This document shows positions 16,950 to 26,384 of a stretch of 40,024 nucleotides of DNA, in pieces. The translations under genes and the position numbers were made by a program. The stretch covers positions 1 to 40,024 of the IMG/VR virus record IMGVR_UViG_3300025451_000027; one strand, 5' to 3'. The notes beneath the pieces were generated by a model. The model worked only from the letters and a program-made list of their open reading frames with translations. It did no database searches and was not told the DNA's origin. This DNA comes from a virus (taxonomy: Duplodnaviria > Caudoviricetes). Numbering within the stretch: the stretch's first letter is position 1; the number at the start of each line of letters is the position of its first letter.

Positions 16950-18047
16950 ATGCCCAATCAATACACCCGTTACGAAGCAAACGACCAACGTGCTGTAGGG
17001 CGCGGCATCCCCGCCGATGTCCTGGCGCAGTTGCTTGCCGGGCAAGAAGTGCCTGGATGGTCAACGTCGTATGCACCAAAGACGATATACCAGGGCGGCG
17101 ACGCTGGAGACTACTACGTCCCTAACGCGGGCTACACGGAAGGCCCGCAAGCCTTTCAGTACAAAGACCCGTCCAAAGAGTGGTATTCGACCTATGACCC
17201 GTCGGGCGCCCTGATGAATGAGGGCAATGGAAACAACAAGATGACCACCAAGGATTACCTAACGTATCTGGCCCTAGTGGCCGGTGCTGGTGCGTTGGGT
17301 GGCGCGGGAGGCGCGGGAGGCGCGGCGGCTGGTGGCGCTGAGGCTGGCGGCATGACCGCAGCAGAGGCGTGGGGTAGCGGGGCTGGCCTAGGTGGCGACA
17401 CACTAAGCGCAATGGGCACAACCGGCGGTAACGGCCTCCTTGGCGCTGGTAGTGCTGGCGGCGGCATGACGGCGGCCGAAGCCTGGGGCAGCGGCGCAGG
17501 GCTGGGCGGCGACACGCTGTCTGCTGGCGGCGCGAACCTTGGCGCGGGTGGCTACACCTCTGCAGCCGGCGGCGCTGCTGGCAGCGGTGCTGGCAGTGGC
17601 GGCCTGTGGGAAGCGGCAAAGTCCGTCGTTAGCCCCGCAGTTTCTGCGCTCACCAGCGGCAACGGCTCAACGCTAGGCGGGCTGCTTGGCGCTGGCCTTG
17701 GAGCCCTGTCGTCCAAAGACCAGACGACCAGCAGCACGAAAGACCCTTGGGCGCCGGCTCAGGACTTCATCAAGCAGCAGATTGCACAGGGTCAGTCATT
17801 GAGCAATCAGTACCAAGCCAACCAGTTCAGTGATGCGCAGAAAACCGCTTACGGCAACCTGGCGAGCATCATCAATGGGGCCAATGCCAACGCTCCGAAT
17901 ATGAGCGACTTCATCAATCGCCAGATGTCGGGAGGCACTGCTTACGACCCGCGCGATCCGTACAAAAACATCGGCAAGGGCGTTAGCCAGATTGTCGGCC
18001 CCGGCCCATCGGGCTTGCTGAACTACTTTCCCGGAAAGGGCGGCTGA
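16950..18047 (+). CDS. Putative ejection protein, Gly/Ala-rich
   Basis: Hydrophobic segment, duplicated GGMTAAEAWGSGAGLGGDTLSA, PWAPAQ motif. Confidence 0.55.
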   Translation: MPNQYTRYEANDQRAVGRGIPADVLAQLLAGQEVPGWSTSYAPKTIYQGGDAGDYYVPNAGYTEGPQAFQYKDPSKEWYSTYDPSGALMNEGNGNNKMTTKDYLTYLALVAGAGALGGAGGAGGAAAGGAEAGGMTAAEAWGSGAGLGGDTLSAMGTTGGNGLLGAGSAGGGMTAAEAWGSGAGLGGDTLSAGGANLGAGGYTSAAGGAAGSGAGSGGLWEAAKSVVSPAVSALTSGNGSTLGGLLGAGLGALSSKDQTTSSTKDPWAPAQDFIKQQIAQGQSLSNQYQANQFSDAQKTAYGNLASIINGANANAPNMSDFINRQMSGGTAYDPRDPYKNIGKGVSQIVGPGPSGLLNYFPGKGG

Positions 18048-18048
18048 G

Positions 18049-19251
18049 ATGAGCGCAGATATCGCAACCTCGCTCTACTCGTGGAGCACGACCGCAGGCA
18101 GTAATCAGCCGCAGGGCTCGACGGCAATCTCCACAAATCTGGATGACAACCTGCGCCAGATTCAGGCCGTAGTCCGAAACACGCAGGCGCGGGACACAAT
18201 TTCGTCTGCTTCGACTTGCGATATCGGCGCTAAGGATGCCATGTCGCTAGACGTGACTGGCACGACGACTATCACTTCGCTCGGCACAGTGTCTGCGGGC
18301 ATCCGCAAGTGGCTAACGTTCAGCGGCGCTCTGACGCTGACCCACAACGCCACGTCTCTGATCCTGCCGACTGCGGCGAACATCACGACCTCTGCGGGCG
18401 CTTCTGGGTGCTTTGAATCTCTCGGGTCCGGTAACTGGCGCTGCTTGTCCTATTCAAAGCCAGATGGAACCCCGATCAGCGTTCAGTCGTTCTCACTGTC
18501 CGACCTCAGTAGCGCGACGGCAAACAAGACGCTGACAAATACGACCTATGCACAAAACTGGGGGTGGGTGTTTACGTCTGCTGGGCAGAAGGGACTGACG
18601 CTTACCGGCAAGTCGTCTGGTACGGGGACGGCTGGGCATGTCCTCTGTTTGGATGGATCGTCCGCCTCACTCTCGACGCAGGTTGAAAACATATTCCGCG
18701 TCATCGGTGGCGTTTCCGGCTCGGCTACTGACGTTTTTAACGTAACGCAGTTCGGCGGCACGATCTACGGTAACGACAACTCCACGACTGGAGGTAGCTG
18801 GGCCATCCGGGCGGGTACGGGTCCGAACTCTGCCGGTGACGGCATGGTATCGTTCAGGTCCGCATCTCGACTCGGCACGAGCTCCTCGCTTGTTGCTGAT
18901 TCGACGCAGATTATTCTTAGCTCGCAAACGAAAGCGGTAATTGACGCAAAGCGGATGTATTTCGGTCACTCCAATGGAGTACCGACTATCTCTGCTGGTG
19001 GTGGCGCTGGTGCAACTATCGCAGGCTGTGACGCTGCGTGCGAAGTGGTATTCGGCACAGGATCGCCAACATCCGTGACAATCCAGTTTGCTAATGCTTG
19101 GTCTGCCACTCCGCAAATTGTGATGGTCAACGGTACACAAGCCGGCGCGACTTACAGCTACGCAGCAAACACGACGACTGTGCAGATCAGTTGCAGTGCT
19201 GGTATGTCATCTGGGTCGAAGATTTCCGTCATGTGCATGGGCTTGCAATAA
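18049..19251 (+). CDS. Tail fibre / receptor-binding protein
   Basis: WSTTA..N N-terminal anchor, VTGTTTITSLG, LTHNATSLILP..ANITT; S/T/G-rich. Confidence 0.7.
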   Translation: MSADIATSLYSWSTTAGSNQPQGSTAISTNLDDNLRQIQAVVRNTQARDTISSASTCDIGAKDAMSLDVTGTTTITSLGTVSAGIRKWLTFSGALTLTHNATSLILPTAANITTSAGASGCFESLGSGNWRCLSYSKPDGTPISVQSFSLSDLSSATANKTLTNTTYAQNWGWVFTSAGQKGLTLTGKSSGTGTAGHVLCLDGSSASLSTQVENIFRVIGGVSGSATDVFNVTQFGGTIYGNDNSTTGGSWAIRAGTGPNSAGDGMVSFRSASRLGTSSSLVADSTQIILSSQTKAVIDAKRMYFGHSNGVPTISAGGGAGATIAGCDAACEVVFGTGSPTSVTIQFANAWSATPQIVMVNGTQAGATYSYAANTTTVQISCSAGMSSGSKISVMCMGLQ

Positions 19252-19260
19252 GGGGATGTG

Positions 19261-20394
19261 ATGGGACTTCTCGACGTATTCAATAGCGACGAGGGCCGGA
19301 TGGCTCTCGGTCTGCTTGCTGCTGCTGGGCCTAGCTCGCAGCCGATGAGCTTCGGGCAACGCCTGGCTGGCGCGATGAGCCAGCATGACGCCTATTTGCA
19401 GCACAAGCAAGCCGCTGCGGCTGCGGCGCAGGATCGGCAAATGCGGATGCAGGCTCAACAGCAGCAAATGCAGATGCACCAGTTCCAGCAGGATCAGGTA
19501 CAGCGCCAGATCAAGCAGCAGGAAGCCGACTCGAACGCAATGCGCGATGCATTCAGCCAGCGTGAATTGCCCGGCCCGACGCCTGACGGCGGCCAGCTCA
19601 CAACGCAGTTTGACCCGCGCGGTATGTTGAACGGCGGCGCATCTCCTGAGGCTGTAATCAAGGCGATGCAGCTCCGCGCGTCAATGGAGAAGCCGACCGA
19701 TGAGCGAGTGCTAAAGCCGGGTGAAGCCGTGTTCAGGAATGGGGTACAGGCCTACGGACTGGCAGAAAAGCCCGAGGCCCCGCCCGAGATTGTCAAGCTG
19801 ATGAAGTCGCGCGACGCGTTCCCTGTTGGTTCACCTCAGTACCAGACAATTGACGCGGCCATCAAGAAGGCGACGACTCACCAGCCAGGAACGACTGTCT
19901 CTGTCAACACCGGACAGAAGGGCTTTGACAACACGTTGAAGCTGCGCGGCGACTTCCGCAGCGAACCGATCTACAAGGCGCACCAAGAGGTGCAATCGGC
20001 CTACTCGCAGATCAAGGCGGCGCTTGACCAAGCAAGCCCGGCGTCTGACTTGGCGGCGGCCACCAAGATCATGAAACTGCTGGACCCGGGCTCTGTTGTG
20101 CGTGAGTCTGAATTGGGCATGGCAATGAACGCAACAGGCATGGTTGACCGACTGACGCACTATGCATCCAACATTGCCAACGGCACGAAGTTGACGCCAA
20201 GCCAGCGTAAGGACTTCCGCAACCTTGCTGACAACCTCTACGGCGAAAGCGTCAAGCAGTACAACGGCAAGCGCTCCGAGTACCAAGGTATCGCAGACAG
20301 AAACGGTCTGAGCGCGCAGGACGTACTCGGTAACGAAAGTAAGATGCCTTCAGGCAAGGCGCCGGCCGGCCAATGGGGCATCAAGCCACTCTAG
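19261..20394 (+). CDS. Putative ejection (DNA transfer) protein
   Basis: GLL start, LGLLAA, Q-rich coil, K.LDPGSVVRESE motif. Confidence 0.65.
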   Translation: MGLLDVFNSDEGRMALGLLAAAGPSSQPMSFGQRLAGAMSQHDAYLQHKQAAAAAAQDRQMRMQAQQQQMQMHQFQQDQVQRQIKQQEADSNAMRDAFSQRELPGPTPDGGQLTTQFDPRGMLNGGASPEAVIKAMQLRASMEKPTDERVLKPGEAVFRNGVQAYGLAEKPEAPPEIVKLMKSRDAFPVGSPQYQTIDAAIKKATTHQPGTTVSVNTGQKGFDNTLKLRGDFRSEPIYKAHQEVQSAYSQIKAALDQASPASDLAAATKIMKLLDPGSVVRESELGMAMNATGMVDRLTHYASNIANGTKLTPSQRKDFRNLADNLYGESVKQYNGKRSEYQGIADRNGLSAQDVLGNESKMPSGKAPAGQWGIKPL

Positions 20395-20401
20395 GAATCA
20401 A

Positions 20402-22198
20402 ATGCCAAAGTTCGAGATCACGGCGCCTGATGGAAAGCGGTTTGAGATCACTGCGCCTGAAGGTGCGACGCAAGATCAAGTGCTTGAGTATGCCAAATCT
20501 CAATGGGGCAAGGCACAGAAGGAAGCCGCACAGCCCCCGAAGCTTTCGGCAGAAGACACGCCGGGAATTGGCGAGACGCTGCTGATCAGTGCTGGCCGGA
20601 CGTTTGATCGCATCGGCAAGGGGATGCGCCAGCTTGTCGCAAGCGGGCCAGAGGCTGAAGCGCTCAAGGCGCAGGCGGCATCTGATGATGTGCAGTACAA
20701 CAAACTGCGCGAGGCTCGCCCGTTTGCTACCGGAGTCGGCGAGTCGCTGCCGTCAATGGTTGTGCCTGCTGGTGGTGCGGCTACGCTGCTGGGGAATGCT
20801 GGCCGGATGGCTGTCGCTGGCGCACTCCCGGGCGCGCTTGAGTACGGCACGGCATGGGAGCGCGCCCAGCGCGGGGCAATTGGCGCACTTGCAGGAGCTG
20901 CGGCCCCGCTTCTTGGGGCTGGCGCTAAAACGGCGTGGTCATTCGCTGAGCCTCTTTTCAACAAAGGCCGGGAGGCCATCGCCGGGCGCGTGCTCAATCG
21001 CGTTGCTGGTGAGTCTGCGCCGGATGTCGTCAAGGCACTGAAGGGCGCGACCGAGCTTGTGCCAGGCTCCGCACCCACAGCGGCACAAGTGGCGCAAAGT
21101 GGCGGCATCGCGGCCCTAGAACGCGCGGCGGCGGCCATGAACCCTGAGGCGTACACCCAACGTGCAATGCAGCAGTCATCGGCTCGCCTAAACGCTCTGC
21201 GCGGCATTGCTGGCGATGAAGCGGCAATGGCAGCAGCCAAGGCGGATCGTTCGGCAGCTTCGCGGGCTGCGTACTCTGCTGCAGACATCGGCGTTGCGCC
21301 TATCGACTCGATGTTTAAGGGCCTGCAGATGCGGCCTCAGTTCAACGCCGCATTGGCGCGCGCGCAGACGCTGGCGAAGGACAAGGGCCTAGACGACATC
21401 TTTTTCCGTGATGCCAAGGGCGCCCCGGTCGCGCTGATCGGTGAGGGCGCGCACTTCATCAAGAAGGCGCTAGATGAGGCGGCGGAGTATGGCTCTGCGT
21501 CCTACACCGGCAAGACGGCGGCCAGCTCCGCAGGCAAGACCAATGAGCTGTTCCAGACGTGGCTAGAGAAGTCGGTGCCTGAGTACGCCGCAGGAAAGGC
21601 CGCGTTCGCTGAGAAGTCCGTTCCGATCAACCGGATGCAAGTCGGTCAAGCGCTGCTTGATAAGGCGGCACCGGCAATGGCTGACTTTGGCGCACTTGGC
21701 CGGGAGTCTGGGGCGGTGTTCGCCAATGCCGTCCGCAATGGTGATGCCGTGGCAGCAAAGGCAACGGGGATGCCCGGCACGACGATGGCAAACGTCCTGA
21801 GCCAAGATCAAATGGCGCTGGTGCAGAACATCGGCAAAGACCTAGCCCGCAAGGCGAACTCGCAAGACCTAGGGCGCGGCGCCGGGTCTGACACCTTCCA
21901 GAAGCTGAGCATGTCCAACATTGCCCAGCAGTCGGGGATGCCTCGCGCAGTTGGTGGCCTGCTTGATCTGCCGGGCGTCTCGCGCGCTACATCTTGGGCG
22001 TACCGAGAAACCGATCAGAAGATGCAGGGCCTGTTGTCTGACGCGCTGCTGAATCCAGCAAAGGCCGCCCAGCTCATGGAGAAGGCCGATAAGCGCTGGC
22101 TGCAAGAAAACCCGAAGACCCGTCAACTGTTGGAACAGGTCGCACTGCGCGGCACGGGCCTATTGGGTATGTCGGCTGCGCCATCGCTGACGCAGTAG
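20402..22198 (+). CDS. Putative large ejection (DNA transfer) protein
   Basis: N-terminal FEITAPDG/PEGAT motif; Ala-rich helical; GS.T motif near the C-terminus. Confidence 0.65.
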   Translation: MPKFEITAPDGKRFEITAPEGATQDQVLEYAKSQWGKAQKEAAQPPKLSAEDTPGIGETLLISAGRTFDRIGKGMRQLVASGPEAEALKAQAASDDVQYNKLREARPFATGVGESLPSMVVPAGGAATLLGNAGRMAVAGALPGALEYGTAWERAQRGAIGALAGAAAPLLGAGAKTAWSFAEPLFNKGREAIAGRVLNRVAGESAPDVVKALKGATELVPGSAPTAAQVAQSGGIAALERAAAAMNPEAYTQRAMQQSSARLNALRGIAGDEAAMAAAKADRSAASRAAYSAADIGVAPIDSMFKGLQMRPQFNAALARAQTLAKDKGLDDIFFRDAKGAPVALIGEGAHFIKKALDEAAEYGSASYTGKTAASSAGKTNELFQTWLEKSVPEYAAGKAAFAEKSVPINRMQVGQALLDKAAPAMADFGALGRESGAVFANAVRNGDAVAAKATGMPGTTMANVLSQDQMALVQNIGKDLARKANSQDLGRGAGSDTFQKLSMSNIAQQSGMPRAVGGLLDLPGVSRATSWAYRETDQKMQGLLSDALLNPAKAAQLMEKADKRWLQENPKTRQLLEQVALRGTGLLGMSAAPSLTQ

Positions 22199-22315
22199 GG
22201 TGATCCGGCTTTGAATGAAGTTCTCAAGCACCTTCACCCCAAGCCAAAACAGCGGCCCGATAACGCCGACAACCAACGCAATTCCCAGGGCTTTGCCCCA
22301 ATCCGCAAGTTCCAT
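22160..22315 (-). CDS. Small antisense membrane protein (51 aa; not in the ORF track)
   Basis: MELADWGKALGIALVVGVIGPLFWLGVKVLENFIQSRITLLRQRWRSRHTQ, translated by hand. Confidence 0.45.
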   Translation of the reverse strand: MELADWGKALGIALVVGVIGPLFWLGVKVLENFIQSRITLLRQRWRSRHTQ

Positions 22316-22332
22316 CCCGAAAGGATACCCGA

Positions 22333-22479
22333 ATGCTCACAGCCGCACTAGGCGCATTAGGCGCAGCCGTTCTACACCGCGTGCTTCTGAAGTCGAAGAA
22401 CGCCACTGTTACCAAGATTCGCTCCATCGTTTACGGCGTTGACGCGGGCGGCGGCGGTGGGCCGAAAGAGCCGGTTTAA
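22333..22479 (+). CDS. Small protein (48 aa) ending GGGGGPKEPV
   Basis: AAGGA RBS, ATG 22333; translated by hand. Confidence 0.5.
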   Translation: MLTAALGALGAAVLHRVLLKSKNATVTKIRSIVYGVDAGGGGGPKEPV

Positions 22480-22834
22480 CCTGGCCTGGGCGCTGCTGCT
22501 GGTGGGCGCGTGCCGTCACTACGTGTGGCCGCTGTTCCCGCCTGAGGCGCGCGGCTGGGTCGCTAAAGGCCTAGGCGCCTTCGCCATCATGTGCCTGCTA
22601 GCGGTTGTGTGGCAGATCGCTAGCGTTTGGACGAAGGCGGTAATCGCGTGGTGGGCTGTTGAGGAATCGCAGGTTCTAGGCTGCTCTGCGGCGTACCTGT
22701 GGAACCCATGGCCTGTGGCCGAAGGGAAAGCGGTTTGCTCCGCTGCGGTTGGGTGGGAAATCGGGCTAGTCGGGCTTGTCGTTGTTGCCTTGCTTGCGCT
22801 CGTGATACCTGTAAATAATGACAGTGTTGGCTAG
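22439..22834 (+). CDS. Multi-pass membrane protein
   Basis: About four hydrophobic segments; start uncertain. Confidence 0.55.
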   Translation: MTRAAAVGRKSRFNLAWALLLVGACRHYVWPLFPPEARGWVAKGLGAFAIMCLLAVVWQIASVWTKAVIAWWAVEESQVLGCSAAYLWNPWPVAEGKAVCSAAVGWEIGLVGLVVVALLALVIPVNNDSVG

Positions 22835-22851
22835 ACAAGGTAACAGGCAAA

Positions 22852-23157
22852 ATGAGTGAGAGACGACCCGCAACAACCATCGGTGAGCTTGACATTCACC
22901 TAAGCCATATTCAGGGGGATATGGTTCGAATCGCGGCAGCCGTAAACAACATGGCTACGCGCGAAGACATTGCAACTCTGACGAATCGCCTAGAGAAGAT
23001 GGCGACCAAAGAGGAAGTGCGAGCGCTTGAGGAGCGGCTATCCAAAGATAGCGTGCCATCCACGTTTGACCGCTGGGCTGAAGGCATCAAGAAGGCGGGC
23101 GCTGCTGGCGCTGTTCTCTATGCTGTCTACAGCGCTATCCAGCACCTCGGCAAATGA
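22852..23157 (+). CDS. Coiled-coil protein with C-terminal TM (holin/antiholin-like)
   Basis: MATRED/MATKEE repeats, hydrophobic C-terminus; precedes the endolysin. Confidence 0.55.
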   Translation: MSERRPATTIGELDIHLSHIQGDMVRIAAAVNNMATREDIATLTNRLEKMATKEEVRALEERLSKDSVPSTFDRWAEGIKKAGAAGAVLYAVYSAIQHLGK

Positions 23158-23185
23158 AGCGCGTCTGTGAGTGGAAGGGTTGAGC

Positions 23186-23689
23186 ATGGCTGATTTCTCA
23201 CCATCGTTCGAGGCGGTACTCCTCAATGAGGGCGGCTACAAGCTGACCACGGTCCAGAACGACAAGGGCGGCCAGACATACGCTGGGATCACGCGGCGCA
23301 GCAATCCGAACTGGCTTGGCTGGGCCGCTATTGACGCAGGCGGCAGGCCAGAAGCTCAGCTAGTCCGCGATCTGTACCGTGGCAAGTATTGGGACGCAGT
23401 GCGCGGCGATGAGCTGCCGCAGAAGGTGGCGGCATCGTTGTTTGACTTCGCCGTCAATGCAGGGGCTAAGACCGCTGTCAAGCTGGCCCAACTTGTTGTC
23501 GGGGTGACTCCAGACGGTGAGATCGGGCCGGTAACGCTCAAGGCCCTGAACTCGGTTTCTCCCGAGGTGTTTGTGTCTCAGTTCGCCGTGGCGAAGATCG
23601 CCCGCTATCGGGACATCTGCATGAAGGACCGTAGCCAATCGAAGTTCCTGCTTGGTTGGATCAACCGCGCATTGCTGGGGGTCGCATGA
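23186..23689 (+). CDS. Endolysin, glycoside hydrolase family 108 with PG-binding_3 domain
   Basis: EGGY, DKGGQTYAGIT, FDFAVNAG, DGEIGP.TL, FLLGWINR. Confidence 0.9.
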   Translation: MADFSPSFEAVLLNEGGYKLTTVQNDKGGQTYAGITRRSNPNWLGWAAIDAGGRPEAQLVRDLYRGKYWDAVRGDELPQKVAASLFDFAVNAGAKTAVKLAQLVVGVTPDGEIGPVTLKALNSVSPEVFVSQFAVAKIARYRDICMKDRSQSKFLLGWINRALLGVA

Positions 23690-24138
23690 GCCTACAACTC
23701 AACCCTGTTGGCGGGATCATCCAAGCTGTAGGCCAGGTTGCAGATGACCTGTTCACCAGTGACGACGAGCGGAACAAGACCGACATTGATTCCATGAAGG
23801 TGGGCCTAGATGCAGCCCGCGTTGACGCCGATCTGATCAAGGGCCAGCAGGCTATCAACACCGAGGAAGCCAAGTCAGCATCCGTGTTCGTCGCAGGCTG
23901 GCGGCCTGCCATTGGCTGGGTGGGCGTTGTAGCTCTGGCGTATCAGTTCCTGCTGTATCCGCTCCTGACGTGGGCATGGGTGTGGATGCAGGCGGGCAAG
24001 TGGGTTCCGATGAGCGTTACACCACCGCCGATGCTGAACACTGATGCGCTCATGGTTCTATTGACCGGCATCCTTGGCATTGCCACCACCCGGACCTTTG
24101 AGAAGGTGCGCGGCGTCACTGCGCGCAAAGCCGAATAG
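23686..24138 (+). CDS. Holin (3TM, GTA-holin-like)
   Basis: DDLFTSD.ER, IN.EEA, FVAGWRPAIGW, RTFEK. Confidence 0.8.
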   Translation: MSLQLNPVGGIIQAVGQVADDLFTSDDERNKTDIDSMKVGLDAARVDADLIKGQQAINTEEAKSASVFVAGWRPAIGWVGVVALAYQFLLYPLLTWAWVWMQAGKWVPMSVTPPPMLNTDALMVLLTGILGIATTRTFEKVRGVTARKAE

Positions 24139-24312
24139 TGGTAAAGCCGCGCGTCATCCACCTTGGCCGCATAGTCGGGAGACTAGGAGGCCGAGAGGTG
24201 AATATTGACAACGGGATGGTGATCGACCTAGACTCGCCGAAAGCTCTGGACGAAGCGCGGTCCCCAGAAATTCCCCAAATCTAGCTAATGGCCTTTGTGT
24301 CTATGTAGTCCA

Positions 24313-24693
24313 TCAACGCTCCATCGTTGCAATCGCCCTGCGAGACATGGCACGTGGCACACGCTTGCGCAACTCTTCAAGCACTAGCACCAGCCCAGCC
24401 GCTGGCGACCATTGCTCACCATCAATCACCGCGCACCATTGATCGTTGCGCGGCCTGATTCCGTACTGTGTCGGCTTCGGCGCGTGCAACTCAATCTGCA
24501 CCAGCCGCCCGTGGATCCGCGCGTGGATGAAATCACCTGTAGGCGTTCCAGGCTTGCGCTCTGCCGGATAGATCGGCGGGTCTTGCGCCATCCGGCGAGC
24601 GTCATTTGATGCGTTGCGCATGGCAATGGCCTCGGGCCGATTTGCCTTCGTCCACTGCCTACATCTGCGGCGTCGAGTTTTGAAAGTTGACAT
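24313..24693 (-). CDS. Hypothetical protein
   Basis: 126-aa ORF at the end of the leftward operon. Confidence 0.55.
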   Translation of the reverse strand: MSTFKTRRRRCRQWTKANRPEAIAMRNASNDARRMAQDPPIYPAERKPGTPTGDFIHARIHGRLVQIELHAPKPTQYGIRPRNDQWCAVIDGEQWSPAAGLVLVLEELRKRVPRAMSRRAIATMER

Positions 24694-25069
24694 ATCGACT
24701 AGTTAGGCCATATAGGCGCCAAAGGTACGCCGCCCTGAATGCCTCATGCTCGGCCATTTCTTTGTCAAACATCGCTTGTGCTCCACCAAGAGCCCTAGCC
24801 TCGCCAATATCTGGCAGATGTCCAGGGCCTTCAAGCGTGTTCTCGATCCATGCCATCCCACTGCCAGGGCCGCGCAGCGCCCCATCAACCACAGCCGCGC
24901 GCATGGCGAGAATATGGCGGTGCATCACGTCTCCAAACATGATCGCCCGGCGCTCGCTGCTAGCCTCCGCCACTTCAATGCCCAGGGCAAATGCGGTCAG
25001 TTCACGGTCTGTCGGGTCAATACCGGGGAGCTTGCGCTTCCAGGCCGCGAGTATTTGGTCGTTTGTCAT
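24659..25069 (-). CDS. Cassette gene, hypothetical
   Basis: AAGGA RBS, MTNDQILAAW...; WI.NTL.GPG motif. Confidence 0.65.
   Translation of the reverse strand: MTNDQILAAWKRKLPGIDPTDRELTAFALGIEVAEASSERRAIMFGDVMHRHILAMRAAVVDGALRGPGSGMAWIENTLEGPGHLPDIGEARALGGAQAMFDKEMAEHEAFRAAYLWRLYGLTSRYVNFQNSTPQM
24686..24708 (+). other. Putative attI-like entry site of array B
   Basis: GTTGACATATCGACTA/GTTAGGC; the core matches R'' GCCTAAC of B1; no palindromic partner upstream. Confidence 0.4.
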
Positions 25070-25099
25070 TCCTTGTCCTTTCTGTTGCATCTATCACCA

Positions 25100-25166
25100 G
25101 CCTAACTACCGTTCGAGCTGACCCGCGCCGGCAAGCCGTCGCGGTCAGCTCAACTAGACGTTGGGC
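25100..25166 (+). other. attC B1 (67 bp)
   Basis: GCCTAAC TACC GTTCGAGCTGACC...GGTCAGCTCAAC TAGAC GTTGGGC. Confidence 0.9.
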
Positions 25167-25423
25167 CTCAAGGCCCGCAGATCGGGGCATGCCTGCTCGC
25201 ACACCTCCGCCAGCACTGCCGCAGTGATGTCGTCAAATGCTGTGTCTGACCTGCTCACGCGCCAGTGCACAGAACTAAGCGCAGAACGAAGCCGTGCAAT
25301 CTCTGCCGCAGCCTCGCGCATCAATCCTGCCGGTGTAGTAATGCCCATCAGATCGCACATGTCGGTCGAATCAATCAACCGCTTTTCAAGAGTGCTTCCA
25401 ATCGGGTCTGTGCAGCTTCCCAT
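25154..25423 (-). CDS. Cassette gene, hypothetical
   Basis: GGAGG RBS before ATG 25423; LMREAAAEIARLR motif. Confidence 0.65.
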   Translation of the reverse strand: MGSCTDPIGSTLEKRLIDSTDMCDLMGITTPAGLMREAAAEIARLRSALSSVHWRVSRSDTAFDDITAAVLAEVCEQACPDLRALRPNV

Positions 25424-25522
25424 GAGTCCTCCAATCGCCCGGCTGCGCCAGGCTTCAATGCACACGCTCAGCGCTGCGCGCTCAGCTTCCAGTTTTCTCA
25501 GCTTGGCCACGCCCCGGACACA

Positions 25523-25624
25523 GCCCAACTCCAGGTCGAGGCGACCCACTCCGGCGTGAGTCGTCCGGGATTTCCGGACAACTCGGCGCGCGCCTACGTG
25601 GTCGCCTCACCATTGACGTTAGCG
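25523..25624 (+). other. attC B2 (102 bp, reverse complement of A3)
   Basis: GCCCAAC...GTTAGCG; matches 3246-3345. Confidence 0.85.
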
Positions 25625-26340
25625 GTCATCAGTTGTTCGGCCAAGATGGCGAATGCAGCCGCTGCCACTCTTGGAACTTGTCCGTTTCCAATGGCTTTAA
25701 GTCGCTCCACCCCTGCGGCCACCCCATCAACCACTCCGACAATTCCGGGTTTATCCACCCTTCTACCGTTCCAAGTTCGGGGAGGTTTTTCCCATTCCGT
25801 AAGTTGCTGCCAAACCCCGATATAACTTTTCGGCCATCGCTCGCCTGCGGCGTGGCCCACAATCCAGATGCGGTCGCGTTGGTGGGGCGCTCCAGTGTTT
25901 CCGGCTGAAACACAAGTCCACGCCGCATCAAACCCCAGCTTGGCAAGGTCGCCCAAAACCACGGCAAGTCCTCGCTCCACAAGCAAAGGTGAGTTTTCCA
26001 CGAACACGAATCTAGGTCGTACTTCACCAATGATTCGCGCCATTTGATACCACATAGAACTTCTGTCGCCATCTATGCCCGCTCCTTTTCCTGCACTACT
26101 GATGTCCTGGCACGGAAACCCGCCCGAAACAACATCAACAATTCCTCTCCACGGGGTTCCATCAAAGGTTTGCACGTCATCCCATATCGGGAAAGGTTCC
26201 AAAACCTTGTCGTTTTGTCGCTGGGCAAGTACGCCTGCGGGGTAGGGTTCCCACTCAACGGCGCACACTGTTCGCCATCCGAGAAGTTTTCCCCCAAGTA
26301 TTCCGCCACCAGCGCCCGCGAAAAGAGCCAACTCATTCAT
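25594..26340 (-). CDS. Cassette gene, DNA cytosine-5 methyltransferase (alpha-type chain lacking motif IX)
   Basis: LFAGAGG, GGFPCQDIS, FVENSP, PHQRDRIW, LKAIGNGQVP. Confidence 0.88.
   Translation of the reverse strand: MNELALFAGAGGGILGGKLLGWRTVCAVEWEPYPAGVLAQRQNDKVLEPFPIWDDVQTFDGTPWRGIVDVVSGGFPCQDISSAGKGAGIDGDRSSMWYQMARIIGEVRPRFVFVENSPLLVERGLAVVLGDLAKLGFDAAWTCVSAGNTGAPHQRDRIWIVGHAAGERWPKSYIGVWQQLTEWEKPPRTWNGRRVDKPGIVGVVDGVAAGVERLKAIGNGQVPRVAAAAFAILAEQLMTANVNGEATT
25629..26072 (-). CDS. Nested alternative-frame ORF, putative beta chain of the MTase
   Basis: WATP.ASD and INPELSEWLMGWPQGWS (motif IX-like). Confidence 0.55.
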   Translation of the reverse strand: MATEVLCGIKWRESLVKYDLDSCSWKTHLCLWSEDLPWFWATLPSWGLMRRGLVFQPETLERPTNATASGLWATPQASDGRKVISGFGSNLRNGKNLPELGTVEGWINPELSEWLMGWPQGWSDLKPLETDKFQEWQRLHSPSWPNN

Positions 26341-26384
26341 TTCTCCTGTCCTCACCGTATCGCCAGCACCGACTTTTCAAAAAC

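Noticed and set aside
26073-26075. Stop-codon reassignment (TAG readthrough)
   Set aside because: Core genes are intact in code 11, several end in TAG, and the tRNA is Gly rather than a suppressor
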